Assembly: GCF_000017305.1 (NCBI RefSeq)
Contig: NC_009664.2
Span: 2,010,001 to 2,042,000 of the forward strand
Direction of reading: 5' to 3'
Source of the DNA: Kineococcus radiotolerans SRS30216 = ATCC BAA-149
GTDB taxonomy: Bacteria; Actinomycetota; Actinomycetes; Actinomycetales; Kineococcaceae
Length of the DNA: 32,000 nt
The translations under genes were made by a program, and so were the position numbers. The notes under the pieces were generated by a model that had not been told where the DNA came from, searched no databases, and was given only the letters and a program-made list of their open reading frames with translations. Numbering within the stretch: the first letter of the stretch is position 1; each line of letters opens with the position of its first letter. This document shows, in pieces, positions 9,029-17,716 of this stretch.

Positions 9029-9934
9029 TCAGTTCGCGAGCGCGCCCGCGGCCAGACCGGCCACGAGGCGACGCTGGAAGAAGACGAAGACGAGCAGGAT
9101 CGGGAGCATGACGAGCACGGTGCCGGCCATGAGGACGCCCCAGTTGGTGATGCCGTCGTTGTTCTGCAGCAGGGTGAGGCCCACCGGCAGGGTCATCATG
9201 TCCGCGTCGTCGGTCACCAGCAGCGGCCACAGGTACTGGTTCCACTCGCTGACGACCGAGACGAGCGCCACGGCCGAGACGGTCGGCGCGGACAGCGGCA
9301 CGACGAACTGCCAGAGCCGCCGCCAGTGGCCGGCGCCGTCCAGCGTGGCGGCCTCCAGGACGGAGACGGGGAAGGTCAGGAAGTGCTGCCGGAACAGGAA
9401 CGTCCCCAGCGAGCTGGCCAGGCCGGGCAGGATGATCCCCTGGTAGGAGTTCAGCCAGCCCAGCTGCGCGGTGAGGGTGTAGTTGGGGATGAGCGTGACC
9501 TGCGGCGGCACCATGAGCGCGGCGAGCACGAGGAGGAACACGAACCGCTTGCCGGGGAACTCCACGAACACCAGGGCGTAGGCGCACATGAGGCCCAGCA
9601 CGACCTTGAAGCCCGCGCCCAGCACCGTGGTGACGAGGCTGTTGAGCAGGAAGTGCGCGAAGGGGACGGTCGCGAAGACGTCGGCGTAGTTCGGCCAGTG
9701 CAGCGCCTCGGGCAGCCACCGCGTCGGGATCGTGTAGATCTCGTCGCGCTGCTTGAACGAGGCCAGCAGCATCCACAGCAGGGGCACGACCATGACGAGG
9801 CCGGCCACGACGAGGCAGGCGTACCCGACGACGTCGACGCGGCGGCGGGGCTCTCCCGCCGGGGGTCGCGCGCCGCGCGGGGCGGGGACGCGGCCCGCAC
9901 CGCCGGGGGCCTTGCGGGGGGCGTCGACGCTCAC
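9029..9934 (-). CDS. ABC transporter permease (UgpE/MalG-like)
   Basis: This is the C-terminal 301 codons of the ORF 9029-10453 frame. GTG 9934 overlaps the upstream stop (GTGA). The translation runs VVGYACLVVAGLVMVVPLLWMLLASFK...LEAATLDGAGHWRRLWQFVVPLSAP (EAA loop). Confidence 0.85.
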   Translation of the reverse strand: MSVDAPRKAPGGAGRVPAPRGARPPAGEPRRRVDVVGYACLVVAGLVMVVPLLWMLLASFKQRDEIYTIPTRWLPEALHWPNYADVFATVPFAHFLLNSLVTTVLGAGFKVVLGLMCAYALVFVEFPGKRFVFLLVLAALMVPPQVTLIPNYTLTAQLGWLNSYQGIILPGLASSLGTFLFRQHFLTFPVSVLEAATLDGAGHWRRLWQFVVPLSAPTVSAVALVSVVSEWNQYLWPLLVTDDADMMTLPVGLTLLQNNDGITNWGVLMAGTVLVMLPILLVFVFFQRRLVAGLAAGALAN

Positions 9935-10851
9935 CGGTAGTGCACCTTCCGCTCGATGAACACCATCTGGACCAGGGTGACCGCCAGCAGCCCGAGGAAC
10001 AGCAGGGTGGCGATGGCGGAGGCGTAGCCGGCGGAACCGTCGACGAACGCCTCCTGGTAGACCTGGTAGACCATCGTGGTGGTGCCCTCCAGCGGGCCGC
10101 CCTTGGTCATCGCGCGGATGATGTCGAAGGACCCGCCCGAGTTCGACTCGATGAACACCGTGACGCTGAGGAACAGCGTGGTGGGCGACAGCAGCGGGAA
10201 CACGATGGACCAGAAGGTGCGCAGCGGGGAGGCCCCGTCGATCTGCGCGGCCTCCAGGAGGTCGCCGGGGACGGACTGGAGCGCGGCGAGGTAGATGATC
10301 GCGACGTACCCGACGTACTTCCAGAGGTACACGATGCAGACCATGGCCAGGGCCCAGTCCGGGTCGTTGTACCAGTTGGGCGAGGTGAGGCCGAGACCGC
10401 GCAGCAGGCCCGAGACCAGCCCGTACTGCGGGTCGAAGACGAAGAGCCAGCACATGCCGACCGCGACCCCGGAGAGCACGTAGGGCGCGAACACCGCGGC
10501 CCGCACGAACGTCCGGCCGCGCAGCTCCCGGTCCAGCAGCCGGGCCAGGGCCAGGCCGATGGCCATGCAGCCCCCCACGGTGACGACGGCGAAGACGAGC
10601 GTCGTCAGCAGCACGGCGGGGGTCTTGGGGTCGCTGAAGTAGTTCCGGTAGTTCTCCAGGCCGATGGCCGTCGCCGTGTCCGACCCGAGGTTCCAGTGCA
10701 GCAGCGAGTACTGCACGTTCTGGATCAGCGGCTTGTAGACGAACAGGACCAGGAGCGCGACGTTGGGCCCGGCGAGGAGCAGGAAGGTCCCCCAGGAGCG
10801 CCAGGGCGTGGTGCGCGGGCGCGCGGCGGGGACCCGGTGGAGGGTCGTCAA
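9931..10851 (-). CDS. ABC transporter permease (UgpA/MalF-like)
   Basis: This is the ORF 9931-10944 frame. I prefer the TTG at 10851 because GAGGAGG lies 5 nt upstream. The translation is LTTLHRVPAARPRTTPWRSWGTFLLLAGPNVALLVLFVYKPL...LLEAAQIDGASPLRTFWSIVFPLLSP. Confidence 0.8.
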   Translation of the reverse strand: MTTLHRVPAARPRTTPWRSWGTFLLLAGPNVALLVLFVYKPLIQNVQYSLLHWNLGSDTATAIGLENYRNYFSDPKTPAVLLTTLVFAVVTVGGCMAIGLALARLLDRELRGRTFVRAAVFAPYVLSGVAVGMCWLFVFDPQYGLVSGLLRGLGLTSPNWYNDPDWALAMVCIVYLWKYVGYVAIIYLAALQSVPGDLLEAAQIDGASPLRTFWSIVFPLLSPTTLFLSVTVFIESNSGGSFDIIRAMTKGGPLEGTTTMVYQVYQEAFVDGSAGYASAIATLLFLGLLAVTLVQMVFIERKVHYR

Positions 10852-10945
10852 GGCGACCTCCTCGCAGGAAGGAGTGAGCTGGACGTCAGGAACAGTAGTT
10901 CGCCGTCCGGCCCCTCCCAGGCCCTCGCGCCCGCCCGGGGGCAAC

Positions 10946-11009
10946 GGTCACCGAGTGTTCACCCGGTGACGCCCGGGGGCTCGCCCAGGTCACCCGGAGT
11001 TCACCGCTG
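10946..11009 (+). promoter_or_regulatory. Two pairs of tandem 11-nt direct repeats matching the PhoP PHO-box unit G(G/T)TCAYYYR(G/C)G, upstream of the Ugp-like operon
   Basis: Read directly: GGTCACCGAGT (10946-10956), GTTCACCCGGT (10957-10967), a 20-nt spacer, GGTCACCCGGA (10988-10998), GTTCACCGCTG (10999-11009). They match the consensus at 9, 10, 10 and 8 of 11 positions by my count. The pair-to-pair offset is 42 nt, about four helical turns. They sit 95-158 nt upstream of the operon start at 10851, and the last unit overlaps the nei stop codon. Confidence 0.55.
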
Positions 11010-11822
11010 GCAGTGCGGGCACCACCAGGTGCGGCGCTGCTCGGGGTCGCCGGGCACCTCGGCCCGGACGAGGATCGTCGTCCCGCACCGCCGGCACGGC
11101 TGCCCCGCGCGCCCCGACACCCAGTGCTGGTGACCCGGGCGGGTGTCCCCCGTGGTCACCTGCATCGCCCCGGACGGGCTCACCGAGAACGCCAGGAGCT
11201 TCACGGCCAGGCGGACGAGGGGTTCCAGCGGCACCTGCCCCACCGGGGTCCAGGGGTCGTGGCCGCGCAGGTAGCACAGCTCGTCGGCCCACAGGTTGCC
11301 CAGGCCGGCGAGGTTCCGCTGGTCCAGCAGCGCCGCCTTGAGCCCGCGCTCGGGGCGGCGGCGGAGGTTCGCCACCGCGGCGCGCACGCGCTCGTCCACG
11401 GGGGTGGTGGCGTCGAGGAGGTCCGGGCCCAGGTGCCCCACCACCGTCGCCTCCTCCGCGGTGGGGACGACCTCCACCACCGGCATCCGCAGGGCGACCG
11501 CGGTGGGGCCGTCGGTGCGCAGCAGCACCCGCACGTCGGGTTCGAGGTGGCGCGGCAGCCGCTTGCCGGGCGCGAGGACGGACCACTGCCCGTCCATCCG
11601 CAGGTGGGTGTGCAGGGTCGCGGGGCCCGGCAGCGAACTGCCCTCGACGTCGAGGCGGGTCAGCAGGTGCTTGCCCCGCGAGACCGTCTCGCGCACCCGC
11701 GCCCCGGAGAGGTCCAGCGTCGCGAACCGCGGCACCCGCAGGTCGGCCGCGCGCAGCACCCGACCGGACAGGCCGGCGTCGAGCCTGCGCGCCAGCCGGT
11801 ACACGGTGTCTCCCTCGGGCAC
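11001..11822 (-). CDS. nei: Fpg/Nei-family DNA glycosylase/AP lyase (endonuclease VIII-like)
   Basis: Within ORF 11001-12032. The start is GTG 11822, giving (M)PEGDTVYRLARRL, the obligatory N-terminal Pro-Glu of the family. An H2TH region DQRNLAGLGNLWADELCY is present. The C-terminal zinc finger is CRRCGTTILVRAEVPGDPEQRRTWWCPHCQR. Confidence 0.85.
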   Translation of the reverse strand: MPEGDTVYRLARRLDAGLSGRVLRAADLRVPRFATLDLSGARVRETVSRGKHLLTRLDVEGSSLPGPATLHTHLRMDGQWSVLAPGKRLPRHLEPDVRVLLRTDGPTAVALRMPVVEVVPTAEEATVVGHLGPDLLDATTPVDERVRAAVANLRRRPERGLKAALLDQRNLAGLGNLWADELCYLRGHDPWTPVGQVPLEPLVRLAVKLLAFSVSPSGAMQVTTGDTRPGHQHWVSGRAGQPCRRCGTTILVRAEVPGDPEQRRTWWCPHCQR

Positions 11823-11932
11823 CCGCCCACCCTGCCCCCCGCCGCCGGTGCGCGCGCGGCGGGGCGATCGTCCCCGAGGGTTCGCCGGACGTTCCCCGGC
11901 CCGTCGCCCACCGCCGCCTAGCGTCGGGCCCC

Positions 11933-12979
11933 GTGAGAAGAACCCTGGCCTCCGCCGTCGTCCTCGCCGCCGCCTGCACCCTCGCCGCGTCCGGGGTCGC
12001 CGCGAGCGCCGCCCCCGCCGGCACCGCCTCACCGGCGACCGCCCGCTGCAGCGGCGCCGTCGCGCTGACGGGCTTCTCCGACCACCTCGACGAGACGGTC
12101 TTCGAGGGCCGGGCCGTGGCGAACCTGTCCGCGCTGGCCCCGCGGGCGGACGGTTCCCTGCTGGCGCTCTCGGACCGGTCGGAGCTGTTCACCCTGGACC
12201 GCGAGCGGGAACCGGCGGCCGCGGTGACCCTGCGGGACGAGGCCGGCGCCGAGCTCGACAGCGAGGGGCTGGTGGTCGACCGCGACGGGACCGTCTGGGT
12301 GTCCTCCGAGCTCGACCCCTCGGTCCGGCACCACGGCACCGACGGGGCGCTGCTGGGTTCCCTGCCCCTGCCCGACGCCCTGCGGACCGCTCCGGCGGGA
12401 CGCGCCCGGGAGAACCTGTCGCTGGAGGGGCTGACCCTCTCCGCCGACGGCCTGACGCTGTTCTCGAACGTCGAGGAGGAACTGCTCGGGGACGCCGACG
12501 GGGTCCTGCGGATCCAGACCTGGCAGCGCCCCGACCCGTCCTCGCCCTTCGCGCTCGGGGTCCAGCACGCCTACCGGGCCGACCCCGGCCTCGGGGTCCC
12601 CGAGCTGCTCGCCACCCCCGACGGGCGCCTCCTCGTCGTGGAACGCGGGTTCACCGCCCAGGTCGGCAACACCGTGCGGCTGTACGTGGCCGACCCGGCG
12701 GCGGGGTCCGACGTCGGGGCCGTGGAGCACCTGGCGGAGGACGCCCCGGTGCTGCCCAAGACGCTGCTGGCCGACCTGGTGACCTGTCCGACGCTGGGCG
12801 CGGTGGCCGAGCAGGCGCAGCTGAACCCGCTGCTCGACAACGTCGAGGGCGCGGCGGTGCTGTCGGCGCAGGGGGACCGGCGGCTGCGGGTGCTGCTGGT
12901 GAGCGACGACAACGAGCGCCCGACCCAGACCACGCGGTTCTACGACCTGGACGTGACGCTGCCGGTGCGGGGGACCTGA
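11933..12979 (+). CDS. Secreted phytase-like esterase family protein (beta-propeller-like)
   Basis: GTG 11933. The signal peptide is MRRTLASAVVLAAACTLAASGVAASA. Segments such as ENLSLEGLTLSADGLTLFSNVEEEL, LLVVERGF and DNVEGAAVL...LLVSDDN resemble the esterase-like activity of phytase family as I remember it. The assignment is by motif recall only. Confidence 0.6.
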   Translation: MRRTLASAVVLAAACTLAASGVAASAAPAGTASPATARCSGAVALTGFSDHLDETVFEGRAVANLSALAPRADGSLLALSDRSELFTLDREREPAAAVTLRDEAGAELDSEGLVVDRDGTVWVSSELDPSVRHHGTDGALLGSLPLPDALRTAPAGRARENLSLEGLTLSADGLTLFSNVEEELLGDADGVLRIQTWQRPDPSSPFALGVQHAYRADPGLGVPELLATPDGRLLVVERGFTAQVGNTVRLYVADPAAGSDVGAVEHLAEDAPVLPKTLLADLVTCPTLGAVAEQAQLNPLLDNVEGAAVLSAQGDRRLRVLLVSDDNERPTQTTRFYDLDVTLPVRGT

Positions 12980-13056
12980 CCCACCGCGACGCCCCGCCCC
13001 GAGGCCCCGCCGCGACGCCCCGCCGCCGGGGGAGGCGGACGTGCTGGACTGGGGCG

Positions 13057-14271
13057 GTGGAGCACTCGCACCAGCACGCCGCGGAACCCCCGGCCCCGCT
13101 GCCGCGCCGCACGCGCGACGTCCTGACCGCCGTCGTCCTCGCGGTGCTCGTGGTGGCCGCCGCGGGCATCGTCGCGACCTGGCCCCGCGACGTCCCCTCG
13201 GCCTCGACGGGGTACGTGGGCGCCCAGACCGTGCGCGGGGAGGTGACGGGGACGCGGATGCACACCTGCCGCGCGGAGCTCGCGGAGGAGCGGCTGCCGG
13301 ACGGCACGATGCCGGAGACGGTGCAGTGCCCGGACGCCACCGTCGCCGTCGACGGCGCGGGCATTGTCACCGTGCCCGTCCCGGCCGCGGTGTTCCACGG
13401 CGGCCTCGGCCCGGGCGACCGGGTCGCGCTGACCCGCTACCCCGCCGAGGCCGGGGCCGCGGAGGCCTACGTGTGGGAGGACTTCGACCGCCGCCTCCCG
13501 CTGGCGGTCGTCCTCGTCGTGTTCGTGCTGTTCACGGTGCTCGTCGGGCGGCGGCGGGGGGTGGCCGCCCTCGTCGGGCTCGGGCTGGGCGGGGCGGCCA
13601 TCGCGTTCCACGTCGTGCCGGCGCTGCTGACCGAGCAGAACGCGGTCGTCGTGGGGCTGAGCTCCTCGACGGCGGTGATGGGGGTGGTGATCTACCTGAC
13701 CCACGGGCTGTCCGCGCGCACGACGGTGGCCTACCTGGGGACGGTCGCGGGGTTGCTCGTCACCGCGGTCGCCGCCGTCCTCGCCGTGGACGGCAGCCAC
13801 CTGGCGGGGCTGGACGACGAGAGCTCCTACACGGTCACGGTCCTCACCGGCGCCGTGGACCTGCGCGGGGTCGTCCTGGCCGGGACCCTCGTCGCGGCCC
13901 TGGGCCTGCTGAACGACGTCACCATCACCCAGGCCGCGGCGGTGTGGGAGGTCCGCGCCGCGGCCCCGCACGCGGGGTTCCGCGACCTGTTCGCGGCGGG
14001 CATGCGGGTGGGGCGGGACCACCTGGCCTCGACCGTCTACACCGTGACGTTCGCCTACGCGGGAGCCGCGCTGCCGACGCTGCTGCTGGTGCGCCTCTAC
14101 GACCAGCCCGCGGGGCAGCTGCTGAACTCCTCCGCGATCGCGGAGGAGCTCGTCCGCTCCGCGGTGGGGGGGATCGCGCTGGCCGTCACGGTGCCGGTGA
14201 CGACGGCCCTGGCGGCCGCGCTGGTGGCCCGGTCCCCGGTGGCGCCGGGGGCGGGGGAGGTCACCCGGTGA
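13057..14271 (+). CDS. YibE/F-family integral membrane protein
   Basis: This is the C-terminal part of the artefactual 991-aa ORF 11296-14271. GTG 13057 is the first plausible start. The architecture is one TM (VLTAVVLAVLVVAAAGIVATW), an extracytoplasmic segment of about 100 aa, then about 6 TM spans containing LNDVTITQAAAVWE and DHLASTVYTVTFAYAGAALP, as in YibE/F proteins. The start is uncertain. Confidence 0.65.
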   Translation: MEHSHQHAAEPPAPLPRRTRDVLTAVVLAVLVVAAAGIVATWPRDVPSASTGYVGAQTVRGEVTGTRMHTCRAELAEERLPDGTMPETVQCPDATVAVDGAGIVTVPVPAAVFHGGLGPGDRVALTRYPAEAGAAEAYVWEDFDRRLPLAVVLVVFVLFTVLVGRRRGVAALVGLGLGGAAIAFHVVPALLTEQNAVVVGLSSSTAVMGVVIYLTHGLSARTTVAYLGTVAGLLVTAVAAVLAVDGSHLAGLDDESSYTVTVLTGAVDLRGVVLAGTLVAALGLLNDVTITQAAAVWEVRAAAPHAGFRDLFAAGMRVGRDHLASTVYTVTFAYAGAALPTLLLVRLYDQPAGQLLNSSAIAEELVRSAVGGIALAVTVPVTTALAAALVARSPVAPGAGEVTR

Positions 14272-15496
14272 GGGGGCGGGCCGGCCGCCGCGAGGCCAGC
14301 GCCAGGCCGGCCGCGGAGGCCAGCAGCAGCGCCGTCAGCAGCAGCCACGGCAGCCCCGCGCCGGGTTCCAGCAGCGCCCCCACCGCGGTGGAGCCCAGCA
14401 GGACGGCCAGCCCGCCGCCGGAGGCCAGCGCCCCGTAGTGGGCCCCGACGTACCGCTCCCCCGCCAGCGGCGGGACGAGGTCGCGGGCCACCGGGCCGGC
14501 CAGCGCCGAGCCCAGGTGCAGCACCACGACGAAGGCCGCCGCGGGAGCGAGCGCCGGCACCCACCCGGGGGCCGGCGCGAAGGTGGCCGCCGCGACGAGG
14601 CCGAAGGCCAGCGCGGACACCGCGAACCCCAGGGGCAGGGCCGTGGCGGCGCCGCGGCGCCGGGCCCAGCGCGCCAGCGGGACCTGCGCGGTGACGGTGA
14701 CGACCGCGGCGAGGACGAACATCAGCCCGAGGGCGTCCTGGGAACCGGTGGCCCGTTCCAGTTCCACCGGCAGGGCCAGGTACATCTGGTTGTAGGCCAG
14801 CAGCAGCGTCGAGTACAGGGCCGCGAAGAGCAGGAACCGCCGGTTGCGCAGGACGGCGGACCACCCCGCGCTCACCGACGTCTCCCGCACCGTGCCGTGG
14901 TCGCGCGGGGCCCACCGCGCGTTGAGCACGAGGACGAGCCCGAAGATCCCCGCGGCGACGAGGCACGTCGTGCGGAACTCCACCGCCAGCAGGACCGCGC
15001 CCAGGACGGGGCCGACCAGGGAGCCCACCTTGCCGACGACGTCGTCGAGGGCGAACAGCTCCGCGCGGGTGATGCCGCCGCCGTCCTCGAGCCGCCGCCC
15101 CTCGTGGGCGAGGCCGGTCTCGACCGCGGGGGAGAACAGGGCCGCGGCGAAACCCGTGAGGACGGTCCCGGCCAGCACCCCCGGCAGCGACGTCGTTGCG
15201 GCCAGGGTGCAGAACCCGGCGATGCGGACCAGGCAGCCGGTGAGCAGGACGGGCCGGACGCCGAACCGGTCGGTGAGCGCCCCCCCGACGAGGAACAGGC
15301 CCTGCTGGCTGAACGTCCGGACCCCCAGGACGATCCCCACGACCCAGCCCGCCAGCCCGAGGCCGGAGGACAGGTGCGCGGCGAGGAAGGGCACGACGAG
15401 GTAGAACCCGACGTTGAACGCCAGCTGGCTCAGCAGGAACAACCGGACGGGCGGTGGCAGGGTGCGCACCGCGCGGAGCTTCGGGCGGGTGGGCAC
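14261..15496 (-). CDS. MFS transporter (12-TMS type), last gene of the metal operon
   Basis: This is the C-terminal 411 codons of ORF 14261-17161. GTG 15496 lies 11 nt after the ATPase stop. The translation is VPTRPKLRAVRTLPPPVRLFLLSQLAFNVGFYLVVPFLAAHL...GALTDRFGVRPVLL (MFS motif-A-like G-x-L-x-D-R-x-G-x-R). The substrate is unknown. The 3' end overlaps the convergent YibE/F gene by 11 nt. Confidence 0.8.
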   Translation of the reverse strand: MPTRPKLRAVRTLPPPVRLFLLSQLAFNVGFYLVVPFLAAHLSSGLGLAGWVVGIVLGVRTFSQQGLFLVGGALTDRFGVRPVLLTGCLVRIAGFCTLAATTSLPGVLAGTVLTGFAAALFSPAVETGLAHEGRRLEDGGGITRAELFALDDVVGKVGSLVGPVLGAVLLAVEFRTTCLVAAGIFGLVLVLNARWAPRDHGTVRETSVSAGWSAVLRNRRFLLFAALYSTLLLAYNQMYLALPVELERATGSQDALGLMFVLAAVVTVTAQVPLARWARRRGAATALPLGFAVSALAFGLVAAATFAPAPGWVPALAPAAAFVVVLHLGSALAGPVARDLVPPLAGERYVGAHYGALASGGGLAVLLGSTAVGALLEPGAGLPWLLLTALLLASAAGLALASRRPARPLTG

Positions 15497-15507
15497 GGCG
15501 GGGAACC

Positions 15508-17712
15508 CTACGCGGCGCCGCCCCCGGCCGGGGACGGGCGGCGCTCGCGCGCCCGCGGGGGGATCCGGTAGCGGATCAGGCGGGCGGAGTTCACGGCGAC
15601 GAACACCGACGAGGCGTTGTGCGCGATCGCGGCCAGCACCGGCGACAGCGCCCCCGCCGCCCCCAGCGCGAGGCCGAAGCCGTTGACCGCGATGGACGCG
15701 CCGTAGTTCTGCTTGATGAGGCCGAGGGTCCGGTCGCCGAGGTCGCGCAGCTGCAGCAGGCGCCGCAGGTCGTCGCCGACGAGCGCGACGTCGGCGGTCT
15801 CCACCGCGACGTCGGTGCCCGACATCCCCATGGCGATGCCGAGGTCGGCCAGCGCCAGGGCGGGCGCGTCGTTGGTGCCGTCCCCGACGACCGCGACGGT
15901 GTACCCCTCGGCCTGCAGCAGCCGCACGACGTCCTGCTTGTCCTCGGGCATGACCTCGGAGCGGAACTCCTCGATGCCCAGTTCGGCGGCGACGGCCGCG
16001 GCGGTCCCGGGGTTGTCGCCGGTGAGCATGACGATCCGCTGGACCCCGCTGGCGCGCAACGCGTCCAGGACCTCCCGGGCCTCCGGGCGCACCTCGTCGC
16101 GCAGGCTGACCAGACCGGTCAGCACCCCGTCGACGGCCAGCAGCAGCGGCGTCTCGGCGGCCCGCTGCAGCTCCTCGACCCACCCGCGGGCGTGGTCGTC
16201 GACCGCCACCCCCTCGGCGTCCATGAGGGCGGCGCTGCCGACCAGCAGGACCCGGCCGTTGGCCTGGACCCGCATCCCCAGCCCCAGCAGGACCTCGCAC
16301 TCCTCGTGGGTGGGGATGAGCAGGCGGCGTTCCTCGGTGGAGCGGATGACGGCCTGGGCCAGCGGGTGCTTGGAGTGGACCTCGGAGTTCGCGGCCTCGG
16401 ACAGCACCTGCTCGGGGGTCCAGTCGTCGCGGAAGGACAGCACGTTCGTCACGACGGGACGGCCCACGGTGAGGGTCCCGGTCTTGTCGAAGACGAACGC
16501 GTCGACGCGCCCGGCGGCCTCCAGGTGCGAACCGCCCTTGACGAGGATGCCGCGCCGCGCGCCGTTGCCGATGGCGGCGCTGATGGCCGTGGGCGTGGCC
16601 AGGCCGACCGCGCAGGGGCAGGCGATGAGCAGCATCGTCATGGCCCGGCGCACGTCGCGGGTCAGCACGAGCGTCGCCAGCGCCAGCCCGAAGGAGGCGG
16701 GGACGAACTTGCGGCTGAACGCGTCGCCGACGGTCTGCACCGGCGCGCGGTCGGCCTGGGCGTCCTCGACGCGGGCGATGATCCGGCCCACCGCGGTGTC
16801 CTGGCCGGTGGCGGTGGCGCGCACCACGAGGCGGCCGCGCAGGTTCACGCTGCCGGCCAGCACGGGGTCGCCGGCGGTGCGCTGGACGGGGAGGTTCTCC
16901 CCCGTCAGCGCGGCCTGGTCCACGACGGCCTCGCCCTCGACGACCTCGCCGTCGACGGGGACGGTGGACTGCTCGAACACGACGACGAGGTCGCCGACGT
17001 GCAGCTCGGCGAGGTCGACCTGCTGCTCGACGACCGACCCGTCGGCGGCGGTGCGGCGGACCCAGGCGTGGGTCTCGCTGCCGGTGAGCAGGTCCGCGAT
17101 CGCGCGCCGGGTGCGGCGCAGGGTGAGGTCCTGCAGGTACTCCCCGATGTTCAGCAGCCACAGCACGGTGAGGGCGACGACGTTCTCGCGCAGCAGCAGG
17201 CTCGCCACCGTCGCGGCCGAGACCAGGGCGTCGGTGCCGGCGCTGCGGCGGCCGAGGAGCGAGCCGACCGCCCCCTTGAGGAAGGGGTAGCCGGAGAAGA
17301 TCGTGACGCCGGTGGCGATGAGGCGGGATGTCGGCCCGAGCAGCGGCGGGCGCCCGAAGGCGTAGCGGCGCAGCCCGAGCAGGGCCAGCGCGGCCCCGCC
17401 GACGGCGATGCGGGCGACCTCGCCGTTGCCGACGTCGGCCGAGCGCGGGGTGCGGGAGGGGGCGGCGTCGGCGGGGACGGCGGCGCTGGAGGCGACCGCC
17501 GCGGTGAGCTCCTCCACGCCGAGGGCGTCGGGGTCGAAGTGCACGACGACCCCGCCCGTCACCGGGTAGGCGCGGGCGAGGCGGACCCCGTCGAGGCGGT
17601 CCAGCGCCTCCTCCGCCGCGACCGCGCGCCCGGGGCTGCGGCGCAGCCAGTCCGCCTGGAAGCGGGCCCGCCCGGCGGTGACCGAGACGACGTTCAGCGG
17701 GGAGAGCAGCAC
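15508..17712 (-). CDS. Heavy-metal-translocating P1B-type ATPase, CtpC-like
   Basis: 734 aa with actuator LTGENLPV, TM CPC motif LLIACPCAVGLATP, phosphorylation site DKTGTLT, hinge GDGTNDAPAL and terminal TM motif HNASSVFVAVNSARL. The N-terminal ferredoxin-like HMA-type segment (VSVTAGRARFQADWLRRSPGRAVAAEEALDRLDGVRLARAYPVTGGVVVHFDP) has no CxxC. A DUF1490/PacL-like gene precedes it, as for mycobacterial CtpC/CtpG/CtpV. Metal specificity cannot be decided from sequence. Confidence 0.9.
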   Translation of the reverse strand: MLLSPLNVVSVTAGRARFQADWLRRSPGRAVAAEEALDRLDGVRLARAYPVTGGVVVHFDPDALGVEELTAAVASSAAVPADAAPSRTPRSADVGNGEVARIAVGGAALALLGLRRYAFGRPPLLGPTSRLIATGVTIFSGYPFLKGAVGSLLGRRSAGTDALVSAATVASLLLRENVVALTVLWLLNIGEYLQDLTLRRTRRAIADLLTGSETHAWVRRTAADGSVVEQQVDLAELHVGDLVVVFEQSTVPVDGEVVEGEAVVDQAALTGENLPVQRTAGDPVLAGSVNLRGRLVVRATATGQDTAVGRIIARVEDAQADRAPVQTVGDAFSRKFVPASFGLALATLVLTRDVRRAMTMLLIACPCAVGLATPTAISAAIGNGARRGILVKGGSHLEAAGRVDAFVFDKTGTLTVGRPVVTNVLSFRDDWTPEQVLSEAANSEVHSKHPLAQAVIRSTEERRLLIPTHEECEVLLGLGMRVQANGRVLLVGSAALMDAEGVAVDDHARGWVEELQRAAETPLLLAVDGVLTGLVSLRDEVRPEAREVLDALRASGVQRIVMLTGDNPGTAAAVAAELGIEEFRSEVMPEDKQDVVRLLQAEGYTVAVVGDGTNDAPALALADLGIAMGMSGTDVAVETADVALVGDDLRRLLQLRDLGDRTLGLIKQNYGASIAVNGFGLALGAAGALSPVLAAIAHNASSVFVAVNSARLIRYRIPPRARERRPSPAGGGAA

Positions 17713-17716
17713 GGGC

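Noticed and set aside
9006-9776. Upstream extension of the binding-protein frame (ORF 7644-9776, 710 aa)
   Set aside because: The extension is Arg/Pro/Ala-rich and overlaps the UgpE-like permease encoded in another frame. A GTG with RBS followed by a signal peptide/lipobox at 9005 marks the true start.
11296-13056. N-terminal 587 codons of the 991-aa ORF 11296-14271
   Set aside because: This part is Arg/Pro-rich junk. It overlaps nei (on the opposite strand) and the phytase-like gene (in another frame). Only the segment from GTG 13057 onward looks like a real (YibE/F) membrane protein.
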